A stretch of DNA of 64,000 nucleotides from the human T2T-CHM13v2.0 reference genome, Homo sapiens: assembly GCF_009914755.1 (NCBI RefSeq), contig NC_060936.1; one strand, written 5' to 3'. Position 1 is the stretch's first letter; each line of letters opens with the position of its first letter. This document shows, in pieces, positions 33,537-49,790 of the stretch. The notes under the pieces are model-generated. The model was not told the DNA's origin and made no database searches. It was given only the letters and a program-made list of their open reading frames with translations. Both the position numbers and the translations under genes were made by a program.

Positions 33537-33830
33537 GCCAGGCACAGTGGCTCACAACTGTAATCACAGTATTTTGTGAGGCCCAGGCAGGTGGATTGCT
33601 TGAGCCCAGAAGTTTAAGACCAGCCTAAGTAACATGGTGAAACCCCATCTCTACAAAAAAATACAAAAAATTAGCTGGGCATGGTGGCAGACACCTGTAG
33701 TCCCAGATACTCAGGAGACTGAGGTAGGAGAATCACCTGAGCCCACGAAATCAAGGCTGCAGTGAGCCATGATTACGCCACTGTACTCCAACCTGGGTGA
33801 CAGAGCAAGATTCTGTCTCAAAAAAATAAA
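33537..33830 (+). mobile_element. AluJb-like
   Basis: Full dimer; TSD aaatactttca. Confidence 0.93.
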
Positions 33831-36134
33831 ATACTTTCAACTTTCTCCTGCTGGACATTCCTCCGCCCTTTGCTAAATTCTAAAATATGTGCATATGAAA
33901 AAACAATATGATATATAGTACAAATCAATTAAAGTGCTCCTGAAGAAAAAGACAGATAAGCATATAGATTAGACATGTGGATTATAGAAGTATCAGTCCA
34001 CATTTTATGGGATCTTTAATTACATAAAAAAGTGCCTAAAATTTGTAAGTAGACAGACAAGATAATGAAGTAGCAAAATACAGAACTCACGGTGTTTAAT
34101 CAATGCTCACAGTGTTGCAAAATACCGTATTGTTATGTGAACAGCTCACTGAGGAGAAGGTACATAAATGGAGCTCAATGTCACAGTATATTAAAATTTA
34201 GTGCCAACCTGATCTGACACATATTCAATGGTGCATCATTATGGTGGTGCTTGAAAATTAAGAGTAAATGGGAAGTGGTTCACTTAAGTGATTTTAATTA
34301 GCACCTTACACAGTCTAATCAAGAATGTCTAGGTTTTGCTGGGAAAGGAGTGAAGTGAAACATGGCTGAGCAGCCTGCTGCGCTGGGACCCTTCTGAGAA
34401 GACAGTGAGGTCCAGGACATGGTGTCCACAGCAATAGATAGTTTCCTTGGTCCAGCAGAGCCATCCAGGGGCCTTTGGACAGCGTGGACACTGATGTCTG
34501 GGTTTTACTTGGCTGATCCCTCTGCCTGGAATACTTCCACCCCTCCACCATGTCGGGGTAAGTCAGTCTCATACTTCAGATTTCAGCTAAGGTATCATCT
34601 AGATGCATTTACTCATTTAATCCTCAGGACAGTGCCTCATGAGGAAGAAGCACTGAAATTGTAGATCAGAATGGAACGTCTAACACATATAGCCCAATTT
34701 CTTCCTCCCTTCTATAGCTGCCTCCAGTTCTCAGCTCAGGATGGAAACTTGGTGAACAGTGGGATCAGCCAGAGCGGGCAAGGCTGAGACACAGATGGAG
34801 TGTGTTATCTGGGGATTTGTGTGACCAGTGGTGGTCCAAGATGGCAGACTGTGGGCTGGAGAGGTCCAGGTAGGAGGACATCCAGACAGGTGGACAGAGC
34901 AGTGCTGGAGAGTCAGGGAGAGTGGCACAAGTTTAGACCCAGGCAGGCTGCACCCGAAAGGCCTCCCTCAAGACTCTCTATGAAGACACCAGACAGGAAC
35001 ACCCAGCAGGGTTAGAGAGTGAGCCATCTAAGTCAGTACCAGGGGAACTGGAGTCCCAAGTTAGAAATCAAAGTAGGGATCCAGTTGTTGGTCAGTGGGG
35101 TACAAGATCAGTGCAAAGCCTTAAGCAAGACTGACCGGAAGCTACCCAAGCTGGTCTGAAAATGTAGAGCTCCTTGATCCTCCCTTGACAAAGGAGACCC
35201 TCCTGCACTTTAGACAGGGTTAAGGAGGCACCTGCATGAGAACTGGAGTGCAACAAAGGCAATCATTGCTTCTATGGTTTGTTTGTCCAACTCCTTGTTC
35301 TTGTCACTGTGTTGAAGGATAGACTTAATTTCCATATCACAGAGATGCACTAAATGTGTTTGACTTTCAACTTAAAATAACGTTCCTTTTCTTTCTCTTT
35401 TATCTAGATCTTAGACCTTGCACTAAGCTAATAATTTACTATGGGAGAGGTCCTTGAGACTCAACACTCAGGAAATAAGGTACTCTGGGGATGTTGCCTA
35501 GATACATTGAGTTTGTTTGGCAGGGTTTTTGTTTATTCTGCCTTTGAATTTTGCCTTCAGTACATTGCATTCTCTGCTTTAGAGGAGACTAGATTTGTAG
35601 AAATCTCCAGAAATAGGCAAAATCATGAGTATTTTCTCCAACCTAAAATGGTTTGGCCTATTTCATCCCTCTTTAATATTTTGTTTAAGTTTTGCTACCT
35701 GTTTTATTTTATGAAAGTGGGGTACAGGGTGTGGGTTTTAATGGTAACGAAGCACAGGTCAAACAACAGCGGAACGTGACCATCGTGACCTAAAAATAGG
35801 TCAAAGTCACGTCTCAGGTAGCTGCACAACAAAGCAAATGCCGTCCACCTTTTTTTGGTGTGATTAAACCTAAGTTAAAGTGAAACAATAATGCAAGAAT
35901 TTGTTTTTTAAAAAAACTAGGAAAAAGGAAGATTGGTTCTTGGAAATAAACCAAGGGATATGGGAGGTGCCATTCTTATTCATTTTTGAAGTGACCTCAG
36001 GCCTTGAATGAGGGAGCCCCATGTAACTAGTTTTGGGGGCGTTTAGGGATAGAAATGGGTGTTGTAAATATGCTCCTACTCATGACCCTCCCTACCCCAC
36101 AACACAGGGACATCACTTTCTTCTTTTAAGCCCA

Positions 36135-36360
36135 CATCTGAGTGCTTACCCTGTGCCGGACCCTGGTCTAGGAACCTCATAGTAACATGAAACATCCTCT
36201 CTACAACCCTGTTATGTAGGCAAATTTTATAGATGAGGAAATCAAAGCAGAGACAAGTCAGCTTGCCCAAGGTCACACAGAGAAGCAAGCCACCGATCTA
36301 GGAATCAACCTCAGACCCTTTGGCTTCAGAGCCAGAGTGCTTAACTGCATTTAATACTGT
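36135..36360 (-). mobile_element. MIR
   Basis: ttttatagatgaggaaatcaaagcagaga...cttgcccaaggtcacacag. Confidence 0.85.
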
Positions 36361-36519
36361 TCCCATTTTAAAAGGGATATAGAAAAGGGTCAGAGACTGC
36401 GAAACAAAACTCAGAGCAGAGACTGGGGGAAATTAGGGAAAGGGAGGGAATGCTTTCCCCTAATGTAGCCTCCCATTGGCAAATGGGGAAAATCAAGCAG
36501 CCACCCCTCCAAACGGCAC

Positions 36520-36740
36520 TCCCAATTCCCCTCTGCTTGTTCTCTTTGCCACAGCGCCTACCATCCGCACGCTGTGCAATGTACTTGTTTGTCATGCTTA
36601 TCATATTGCCTGTGTCTGCCACTAAGACGTAGGCACATAAGAACACGCATCTTCATCTGTTTTGTTCCCTGAGGTACCCAAGTTTCTAGAACTGTGCCTG
36701 GCCCGTGGTAGGCACTCAGGATTGTTTAAATAAATAATAC
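36520..36740 (+). mobile_element. L2 3' end
   Basis: tctagaactgtgcctggcccgtggtaggcactcag. Confidence 0.7.
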
Positions 36741-37724
36741 CTGCCACCTAATGAGATAGCTGAAAAAATTAAAATCTTCAAATTAATAACACAAAACAAT
36801 GTTCAAAACAGTGTTTCATGAATGGGTAAAGTATCAGGAGGCGAAGAAGACCCTTAAGGTATAGCCAAGTACAATGAGATTGTTATCGCTATGTTTCACC
36901 TCCAAAGAATTGCTCCCAGTGTAGGAGCAGCCCTGAAATCGAGGTGACACCCTTCTTCCCCGGGGAGATTAGCATATAAATAAGACAAATAAGACTAGAC
37001 AAAAAGCCACCTAGAAATGAGACAGCAGGAAGCGGGAAGATGGAGGTTGTTGGTTTCGATTTTCTTTTTCTTCCCAGGTTTATTGTTTCACCCTTTCTCT
37101 CCGCTTTTTAAAATGTCCCTTTTGATCCACTTGGTTAAATAGCATTCTCAGACACTTCATTCTAGTGGAGTCTTTAATTGCATAATTTTAGAAGGTTGTG
37201 CCAGGATTGAAGTTAGACTGCACGGTGGGTTAACTGTGAATCATATTCTGTGTGGGCTGAAAAAGGGGTCTCCACGCGAAATCTGACACGAATAGTGATC
37301 AGAAGACAGTGAAGTAAGCCCAGAGAGCCCAAGCTCTGGTCCTTCAGCAGGAGCTCAGCTCCTCCCCTGCTGTTGCTGTCCTTCTTCATCCTTCTGCTGT
37401 TTGTGTGAACCATGACCCTCCCTGCAAGGCCTTGCCAGGCGCTGTCTCCACTTCTCCACTTCTTCACGTGGTCCTACCTCAGTGTGGGGCTGACATGGAA
37501 GCACAGAATTTTGCAGGATGTTGCATGAGGGATGCTACTGAAGGTTCTTTCTGGTGAGTTCCGGAGATCTGCCCAGGAACTGTGCTCACAATGACACTTT
37601 GAGCAACCTCAAGACATACAGTGCCTCACACAGGCGTTGCCATTGCAGATAAATGGCTCCAAGGAGATTCTGAATTACTCCAAAGGTGAATGAGGGAGAC
37701 GTGGTTTCACACTATTTGTATTAA

Positions 37725-37970
37725 TATACTAATAGCAAAAAGTAAAGGGAACTTGCTAGGTGCCAAGAATGGAATAAGCATTTGCATCAATTTAATCCTC
37801 TCAACAACCTTATGAGGAAAAGTGCTATTATTATAATACCTTTCATTATAGATGAGAAAAACTGAGAAGTTAAAAGTGTGTCCAGGGTCACATAGCTAGA
37901 AAACAGCAACCACAAGACTAGGACCTAGGCCACTGGCTGCAGAAGCACTGCTCTCAGTCATAACTCAGCT
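37725..37970 (-). mobile_element. MIR
   Basis: atttaatcctctcaacaaccttatgagg...atagatgagaaaactgag. Confidence 0.8.
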
Positions 37971-38351
37971 TTGCTCCTCTGTGTTAAAAATGTGCATTGA
38001 TAATGAAAATACCTGTCCAATAGGGCCCTGAGTGCTTTATAGATTTTCTCATTAAATCCTTATTAAAACCCTATGAGGTGGCCCTGGTTGACCCAAAGGG
38101 AACTGCCAGACAAATCTAGACTGGGGGACATTCTACAGGATATCTGGCTATATTCCTCAAGACTGTCAAGTCATGGAAATTAGGAAAGATTAAGAAACTG
38201 TCACAGACCAGAAGACACTGGAGAAGCAGGACACGAAACGCAATGTGGTTTCCTGGATTGAATCCTGGATCAGAAAAAATGACATCAGTAGAAAAACTGG
38301 GGTAATCCAAAGTCTGGAGTTTAGTTAATAGTAACATACCAAAGTCAGTTT

Positions 38352-39027
38352 CTTTTTTTTTTTTTAAATTTCATTTTAAGTTCGGGGGTACATGTGAAGG
38401 TTTGTTATATAGGTGAATTTGTGTCACAGAGGTTTGATATACAGATTATTTCATCACCCAGGTACTAAGCCTAGTACCCAATAGTTATTTTTTCTCTTCC
38501 TCTCCCTCCTCCCACCCTCCACCCCCAAGAAGATCCCAGTGTCTGTTGTTTCCTTCTTTGTGTTCCTAAGTTCTTATCATTTAGCTCCCATTTATAAGTG
38601 AGAACATGTGTTATTTGGTTTTCTGTTACTGCGTTAGTTTGCTAGGGATAATAGCCTCCAGCTCCATCCATGTTCCTGCAAAAGACATGATCTCGTTTTT
38701 TTTATAGCTGCGTAATATTCTGTGATATATATATATATAGCACATTTTCTTTATCCAGTCTGTCATCGATGGGCATTTAGGTTGATTCCATGTCTTTGCT
38801 ATTGTGAACAATACTGCAATGAACATTCACATACCTGTGTCTTTATGGTAAAATAATTCACATTCCTCTGGGTATACAGTAAGGGGATTGCTGGGTCGAA
38901 TGGTTGTTCTGCTTTTTGCTCATTGAGGAATCGCCATACTGTTTTCCACAATGGTTAAACTAATTTACACTCCCACCAACAGTGTATAAGTGTTCCCTTT
39001 TCCCTGCAACCTTGCCAGCATCTGTTG

Positions 39028-39030
<3 letters not shown>
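38352..39030 (-). mobile_element. 5'-truncated L1PA13-16/L1PB-like LINE-1
   Basis: Antisense L1P 3' end; ORF 38626-38826(-) MFIAVLFTIAKTWNQPKCPS is the L1 ORF2 C-terminus; TSD ccaa(a/t)gtcagtttctt. Confidence 0.92.
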
Positions 39031-39059
<29 letters not shown>

Positions 39060-39070
39060 GCCAATGTCAG

Positions 39071-39404
<334 letters not shown>

Positions 39405-39884
39405 TAATGTGAGATGTTAACATAGAGAAAACTGGGTAAGGGGTAAGTGGTAAAACTCTCTACTATCTTTGCAACTTTTCTGTAAATCAAAAATTACTCT
39501 GAAATTAAAAGTTTATTAAGGAAGAAACCCTATGCGGTAGGCACCAGGACAGTTTTACACCAGAAGACTGTAGCTTAAAGAGGTTAATTTGCCTATAGTA
39601 TCACAGCTACCGAAGGATTTATCCTAATCTACCACTAGCACAATTTAAACAGGATTGCATGTGGTTCATTTAATCTCTTAGCACCTTTTGTGGTATCCTA
39701 TGGGCCATTATAACCTGATGACTGCTGGGAGGGCCTGGCATTACCACATAGCTCTTTTCCTGACCCAATAGCAGCACCTTATAGTATTTATTGAACATGC
39801 TTTATTTTATTTGATTGTTAAAACAACCCTCCAAAGTATTATTACATATTATATACAAGGAAACTAAGCCTTAAAGAGGTTCAG

Positions 39885-40202
<318 letters not shown>

Positions 40203-41711
40203 TCAGTAACTAATTGGAGTTTGAATGTGAACTCAAGTCTATGTAAAACCAAAGCATTGGCATAACCACTCCTAATTCACACTCTGTCCTGCCTCCATGC
40301 TGCTCATGCTTTTATCGGTCTTAACTATAGCAATAATGAATATTAATTATAGATGAGAAATGACTGTTACAGTGAATGGAAACTTTCTTAAGCACTTTTT
40401 GTAAAATAAGGCTGTCATCAGGAAACAATAATCAAAGCAACTATTCCTAGGGTCTTTGAGTTATACTTTCTCACTTTTCTAACAGAGCTGAGTTTTTCAC
40501 TGCTTTTCTTCCTGCAGAGTCAATATTGCTGTTGTGCAGTGAGCTGGAGGCTGTTCTCTCTATGCATCATAAATACCAACTGTCATCAAAGAATATACAC
40601 TATCTGCATGTGTGTTACTGAAATGAGCAAAAAGCATACAACTTCATTTCCAAGTTCCAGGATGATTTTATAAAATACACAGTTGAAACAAAATCTCTTA
40701 ACTTTAGTAAGCGTTTTTGGAGGGAAAATTCCTTGTAGTTCCACATTATGTTTTAAACTCAAGGACTTAAGACCTCATATAGGCTTAAGATCTTTTTCTG
40801 TTTCTTTTGTCAACACATTTGTGTTCCCTCTTTTATTAATTATTTGTAAGCAAAATGAGGACAATAGAAGGCAACTTCTTTTGCTTTCCAAATTGTAATT
40901 TCTGAGGAAACTGTTGAAGAAAACTGCCCTTTTTTCATGTAACAAAAAATGTTTAGGTTGTGGCCATGCTATTTCTTTGCCGCTGAAGTTAAGGAAAGCC
41001 TAGTGCTCACTTTCTCCAGCTACCAGATGAGACAAACCACAGTTATTTCTTGGTCAAGAGACCTGAAAGGTTAAAATGTGGTCATCCGAGCCAGTAAAGA
41101 GAACACAGCAGTAACCTTTGACCTTCTCTCCTGCAACTCTAATTGCTTGTCCCAATGCTGGGCCAATGCTCAGCCCGTAGAGACATCTTCCATTGGGCCC
41201 AGAGACATCTTCCATTCAGAAGCTCAACTGGGGCTGAGGTTAATGAAGCCAGTCCACTCGCCCACCAGGTAAGCAACAAAAGTAGAGGCAGTAATATATC
41301 CTGGGAGCTCTCAGTGAAGCATCAGGCCTTACACTGAAATACTTTGTATTTTTTTCTTTGAGAAAAGCCTATTTTTCAGTAATAGTTCCGATTGATAACA
41401 ACAGTAAAGCTAGAAGCAAGTAATGTGTATAAAATACCTACAAATGTACCAGGAATTGTACTACATGGTTTTACTTAAATGATCTAATTTAATCTTGAGT
41501 CAGGTGCTACTACTTATCTGCATGTTATAGGTGAAGAAATACAAGGCAATGATTTTGAAACAGTCTTCCTTAGAGCTCCCCCTGGGGAAAGGCAGGAAAA
41601 TGAGGGCCAGACTCCAGATCCCCACTCCTAACTTAAGCAGAGCAGTTATGCTTTTATCTATTTTGCTTATTAGGCATTAATGGAAACTCATTTTAAAAAA
41701 GAGATCCATGC

Positions 41712-42553
<842 letters not shown>

Positions 42554-42574
42554 TGGTTTAAACAAAAGCTCTAT

Positions 42575-42740
42575 AGCCTTGCTACTCAATCTGTGGTCTG
42601 CAGGGCAGCAGCATCCACATCAGCAGGGAGCTTATTAGCAATGCAGAATGTCAGGCCCCACCCTAGACATACTCAATTAAAAACTGCATTTTAACAAGAT
42701 CCCCAGGTGATCCTTAAGCACATTAAGTTAGAGGAGGGCT
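42575..42740. mobile_element. MER5A-family hAT-Charlie MITE
   Basis: gcagcatccacatcagcagggagcttattagcaatgcagaat...ctgcattttaacaagatccccaggtgat. Confidence 0.8.
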
Positions 42741-43512
42741 TAATACAACATAAAGAAATTAGACCACAACGATTTTACCAAAATAAAATCCCCAAACATT
42801 TCAACCTTGAGGGAGACTCTGAAACTTCTGAAAAAGAAAATAAAAGTTCCACCTTGCCCCCTTTGAACTAGACAGCCCACTAACTGCCTTGTGTCAATGT
42901 CATCAACCGCGTGAACTTGTTCTGAAGCCTCCAGGCCACCAAAGCAGAGATATCATAAGCCCAGAAATAGACCTATTTGCTTCTATCAGAGATAGCTTGT
43001 CAGCTCCTACTGTATTGATATCCATTTCTCATCCTTCCTCGTGGAAATCAAACATTACTTTATTCTTCTTCATTAGTAGGAACATAAATCGAAGACAGTG
43101 AAAAGTGTTGACTAATTGATATCCAGTTCCAAAAGGACTTATAAAATAACTGTCTAAGACAAAGGCATCATCCAGGCTCAACCTTGGATAAAATCCATAA
43201 GATTGAATAGAATTTCATAATTTCTTCTCTTTGACTAAAATCCCTCCTGCTTCATATCCAGCTTTGCACTCAACCACCATGTGCTGCTGAAGAAAAGGGT
43301 GAGATAATTTCTTTAACCGTTACTGCTCAGTCCATTCATCAGCCCAGGGATAAAACACACCTGACAAGAGCCTCATGTCATTCTCTGTAGCTGAGATTTA
43401 CAGTACCAGCAGGTGAGTAAGTCACCACCTGCACTGGATGATATAACTCAGAATTATTTAAATCCTCCTGTGCTTCTGCTAGAATCATTTTCATAATTCA
43501 TTTTATATACTA

Positions 43513-43803
<291 letters not shown>

Positions 43804-43857
43804 CCGTGTTATAGTCTAAATAGACTTGTGGGAAACCATTTCATATGCCAAGAGTCA

Positions 43858-44283
<426 letters not shown>

Positions 44284-44454
44284 CTATCCTGCCTTGTCTT
44301 TAGCACAGTGGGAACCTGTGGTGCCAGGTGAGCAGGAGGAAAGCCAGGCCCCACCTAAGTTGCATGCTGAGTTCTCACGGGTGGCCCTTTTTTCCTCAAT
44401 AGCTTGGTGGCCAGATAGCAGCTGGATAGCTCCACTTTAGGTCACCCTAAACAT

Positions 44455-44995
44455 TAATGGTTCTCAACTGGAGAGGGAACAGAATTGTACTGAGCACTTT
44501 GTGAAAATGCAGCCCACACCCAGAGATTTGGGTTCCGTCAGCCTGGAGTGGAGCACAGAAGTGTTTGTTAGCAAACTCTCTGCAGGTGATTCTGATAGTC
44601 TTCACCTTGCTTGGGTCTCCCTACTTTATAATGATGCTATCTTGGCTGCACGTTAGAATCTTCTGGGGTAGAGAGGAAGGGCTGTTTAAAAATCCTAATG
44701 CCCAGATTGTTACTCAGATCAACTAAATCTGACTCTCTGGGAATGAGCCCAGGCATGTGTAGCTTTAAAGCTTCCAGGTGATTCCAATATCTAGCCAAGG
44801 TTGAAAACCATCATGCCAGGAACTCTTTCCATCAGGGCTTCTCAAACTTTAACGGAGGAACACTTCACCTGGGGATCTTGATAACACTGTAGATTCTGTT
44901 TCAGCGGGTCTGGGGTGGAGCCTGATTCTGCATTTCTAATAAGCTTCCAGGTGATGTCAGTGATGCTGGTCCTTGGACCACCCTTTGAGTAGAAA
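44455..44995. mobile_element. Cluster of three MER5A-like MITEs
   Basis: Recurrent cores caggtgattctgat / aagcttccaggtgat and ggttctcaac / cttctcaaactt ends. Confidence 0.7.
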
Positions 44996-45071
44996 GGCGT
45001 TAAATGACACTATGTCAGCATTTCTAATAGAGTGTTCTCTGTGCTCTAGTGTTAATAAATTTGAGTTTAAC

Positions 45072-45270
45072 TAAGGTTACAAGATAAAATACAAGACATC
45101 AGCTAGATATGAATTTCAGGAAAACAGTTGATAATATATGCATAGCATTAAAATGTCCAAATGTTACATGACACACCTTATACTAACGAATTATTTGTTA
45201 CTTATCTGAAATTCACATTTAATTAGGTGTTCTATTTTTTGTTTTGTTTTTTGTTAAATATGGCAACAGA
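45072..45270. mobile_element. MER53-like palindromic MITE
   Basis: taaggttacaagataaaatacaagac...gaatttcag / ctgaaattcacatttaa...aaatatggcaac inverted arms. Confidence 0.7.
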
Positions 45271-45344
45271 TTTCTTGGTTTTTCTGCTTTATTTTGATGG
45301 CAAAGTGTTGCTCGGCAAAAGTGCTGGACATTAAGTATCTTGGA

Positions 45345-45772
<428 letters not shown>

Positions 45773-46280
45773 TGAATGTCAAGTCTCTTTACAGGATGTG
45801 GATGACTGAGAATATGAGTGTTCCAATCCTCTCCCCAGGCGAAAGCACACATGTGTACATATACATAATGTTGTGCAAGGGTAGCTGCTACTAAAGCCCA
45901 TTCTCAAACCCTCTAGTGATCCCATGGGCCCTGGTGAGAAAGCCCATGTCACCCTCCCGCTCAGCAGAAGAGTTGTTCCCGATTGCCTGTTTCCCAAAAA
46001 GTTGTTCTGTGGGTCACCAGTTTCACAAAATGTTTACAGATTTTGCATGAAAAAGGTGTTTTGTGGGAAAAAAAAATGCAAATTTTAGATTAAACAAAAT
46101 TAAGCAGGTTTCTTTCTTGAAAGACCTTGCAAGTGTTTAACAGATGATTGTGCTTTGGGGTTCTCCCAAAAAAGAGATAAAGCGTCTAGTATTTCCCAAA
46201 TTTATATCGTCAAATATCTTTCTTCTTAAAGGGTATCTCCTAGGATTAGGATTGTCTGAAACACTCTTTAAGGAATGTTG

Positions 46281-46881
<601 letters not shown>

Positions 46882-47850
46882 TTAATATGAAAAGAATAAA
46901 TGCTTATTATGAAAAATTTGGAAAGTATGGAAAATATAATAAGAAAATGCTACTCATAATCTTATCACCTAGAGATAACCATTGTTAACATTTTAACCTA
47001 TTTTACCTTCTAAACTATGAAAGTTGGTGCTCAAGAAATGAAAAGCTTTCATGAGTGAAATAGGACTTTTGAATGTAGGAAGGGAATCTTGATGAGCTGG
47101 AAGGCGAAGGGTGGAGTAATAAAAGGTGTGTTTGAGTATTAATGGCAATAAGAAGGAGGGATTGGGAGATAATTTTCCATTTTACCATTTCTTGTTGTGG
47201 ATAAGAGAATATGTCATTAAATTTCTAGGTATTTATTCCAGATGCTAAGTTTCTGATTAACAAACAGCTGAGATCTGACTCAATTAGCACAGAAATGGCT
47301 CCATAACTTCAGTTTCTTCCACACTAGCATTAGTTCTTGCATTTACCACTTCATTGGATCTCAAAGGCAAACAGTGTTGCTAGGACAGGCAGTTGAGTGT
47401 TTCTCTATAACCACTGAAATAGAATTATATCCTCCATCATTCACAAAGCCATAATATGCCAACATCCATCATGTTGGCATATTAAAAGAAAAGCTAACGT
47501 GCTTATAATCCTTGTTTACTAAGCACTTGTGCATAGGTTGTGTTCCTGGAGTCTAATAGCCACCCTGGGAGAGGCAGGAAGGTTGGGATGTATGATTGTC
47601 TTTTTTATTTTAAAGGAAGTGGGACTCACAGAGATTAAGTGACTTACTCAAGCTAGTAAGTGGCAGACCTTGAATGAAAATTGTCTTTTGACTCCACTTT
47701 CTGTGCTGTTGCATGAAACAGCCAAGAAAAAAAAACTTGTGTGCCATGTTTGATTTTCTAAAGGCTTCAAGAGCATTGCATTTTCATGAAAAACGTTATT
47801 TTTTTGAGGTCAGCAAGTATAGACATTCTTTTAAAGCATGGAATTTTATC

Positions 47851-48179
47851 TTTTTTAATTTTTTAATTTTTTAATTTTTTTTTATTTTTTATTTTTTGAG
47901 ACAGAGTCTCACTCTGTAGCCCAGGCTGGAGTGCAGTGGCGAAATCTCGGCTCACTGCAAGCTCTGCCTCCGGGTTCATGCCATTCTCCTGCCTCAGCCT
48001 CCCAAGTAGCTGGGACTACAGGCACCCACCACCACGTCCGGCTAATTTTTTGTATTTTTTTAGTAGAGACAGGGTTTCACCGTGTTAGCCAGGATGGTCT
48101 CGATCTCCTGACTTCATGATCTGCCCTCTTCGGCCTCCCAAAGTGCTGGGATTACAGGCGTGAGCCACCGCGCCCGGCC
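47851..48179 (-). mobile_element. AluY
   Basis: ctgcaagctctgcc...gccattctcc...gtgttagccaggatggtctcgatctcc; TSD taaagcatggaatttta. Confidence 0.95.
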
Positions 48180-48547
48180 TAAAGCATGGAATTTTAAAGC
48201 ATGGAATTCATTTTTAAAAGAATCTCCTATCTCATTCTTCTGCTATCTTCTGGCCCCACTGCATGAGTGTTTCAAAATAAATACTGTGTTTTTAATGCTA
48301 TAAGCACAAACTTGAACTAAATCTTGAAACTTTCACTCCATGGATATTTAATGAGCACCTTTCTAGATTCCACAGGAGGCAGGTAGCCTGACTCCACATT
48401 CCCATGCTGTTAACCACTAAGCAATGGAGGCTCTCCAAGCTCCCACCCATTCTTTCAAGGCAAATCCTGAACAGTGATTTTTTTTCTGACAGTTTTTCCA
48501 TCTTGAGAAATAGTTTTAAGGAACTGTCTCCAATGAGCAATGCATAA

Positions 48548-48700
48548 CATTCATTCCATCATTTATGCAACAAGTATTCATTGAGCACCTACTCCATGCC
48601 AAGGAGCTGAAGCACAGTAAGAAATAAGACAGAGAGGTTGCCTGCACTTAAAGACAACAAATGAACAGGGTAATTTCAGATGACATATGCTGTAAAAAAA
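48548..48700 (-). mobile_element. L2 3' end
   Basis: cattcattccatcatttatgcaacaagtattcattgagcacctactccatgcca. Confidence 0.75.
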
Positions 48701-48715
48701 AAACTGGAACAGGAA

Positions 48716-48880
48716 TCGGGCATGGTGGCATGAGCCTGTAGTCCCAGCTGGGCTGAAGCAGGAGAACCACTTGAGACCAGGAGTTTGAGGTTACAATGAG
48801 CGATCATTGCACCACTGCACTTCAGCCTGAGTGACAGAGTGAGAGCCAGTCTCTAAATTTTAATTTTAATTAAAAAAAAT
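48716..48880 (+). mobile_element. Alu right monomer (FRAM/AluJ)
   Basis: gggcatggtggcatgagcctgtagtcccagc...cagcctgagtgacagagtgaga; TSD gaacagg. Confidence 0.85.
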
Positions 48881-49247
48881 AGAACAGGGCAATATGATGA
48901 GATAGGATGATATGAAACAGGGTGAGTGACTGAGAGTCAGGAGGCTGCTTTATTTATTTATTTTTTACACTTCAGTTTACATGAAGTAGACTTATTTTAT
49001 TTTCAGTCAATGGTGGAAAGGAAGTAATGCCATTTCTGTCCTCTGAATCCAAAAGGTAGCCATGCTAGATTTGGAAAGTTAAATATCTGTAAGTTGTTAG
49101 CATTGTGATGTTTCAATAATTCTTTCTTGATTTTATTTATCTGATTTCCTGATTTTTCTCTAATGAAAATGTGTAATTTTATAATTAAAAAAGCAACACA
49201 ATATAGTTATTATTTTACAAACTGACTATGCTAGCCAGGCCTGACAC

Positions 49248-49544
49248 TTTTTTTTTTTTTTTTGAGACGAAGTCTTGCTCTGTCACCCAGGTTGGAGTGC
49301 AGTAACTTAATCTCGGCTTACTGCAGCCTCCGCCTCCTGAGTTCCAGCAATTCTCCTGCCTTGGCCTCCCAGGTAGCTGGGATTACAGGTGCCTGCCACC
49401 ATGCCTGGTTAATTTTTGTATTTTTAGTAGAGACAGGGTTTCACCTTGTTGGCCAGGCTGGTCTCGAACTCCTGACCTCAGGTGATCTGCCCACTTCAGC
49501 CTCCTGAAGTGCTAGGATTACAGGTGTGAGTCACCGTGCCTGGT
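49248..49544 (-). mobile_element. AluS
   Basis: Antisense dimer; TSD caggcc(tg/ca)acactt. Confidence 0.95.
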
Positions 49545-49713
49545 CTCAGGCCCAACACTTCTGACACTCTCCCCCTTCCCACATCCTCACCCTCCCAATG
49601 AGGAACATACAGTGCCACTGACCATGGCAGCCCACACACTAGACTGAGCAAGTCTCTGAGCGCACATGGTTCCCTCACACCAGAATAAGGGAAAAATCAG
49701 AAAGTTCTCCGTT

Positions 49714-49790
49714 CTTTTTTAAAAATAGTTTATATTAGGTTCAGGGATACACATGCAGGTTTGTTATACAGGTAAATTGCATGTCATAGG
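49714..49790 (-). mobile_element. Very short L1P 3' terminal fragment
   Basis: ttaggttcagggatacacatgcaggtttgttatacaggtaaattgcatgtca. Confidence 0.75.

Noticed and set aside
48180-48210. Triple copy of taaagcatggaatt around AluY
   Set aside because: Explained by the TSD plus a small local tandem duplication.
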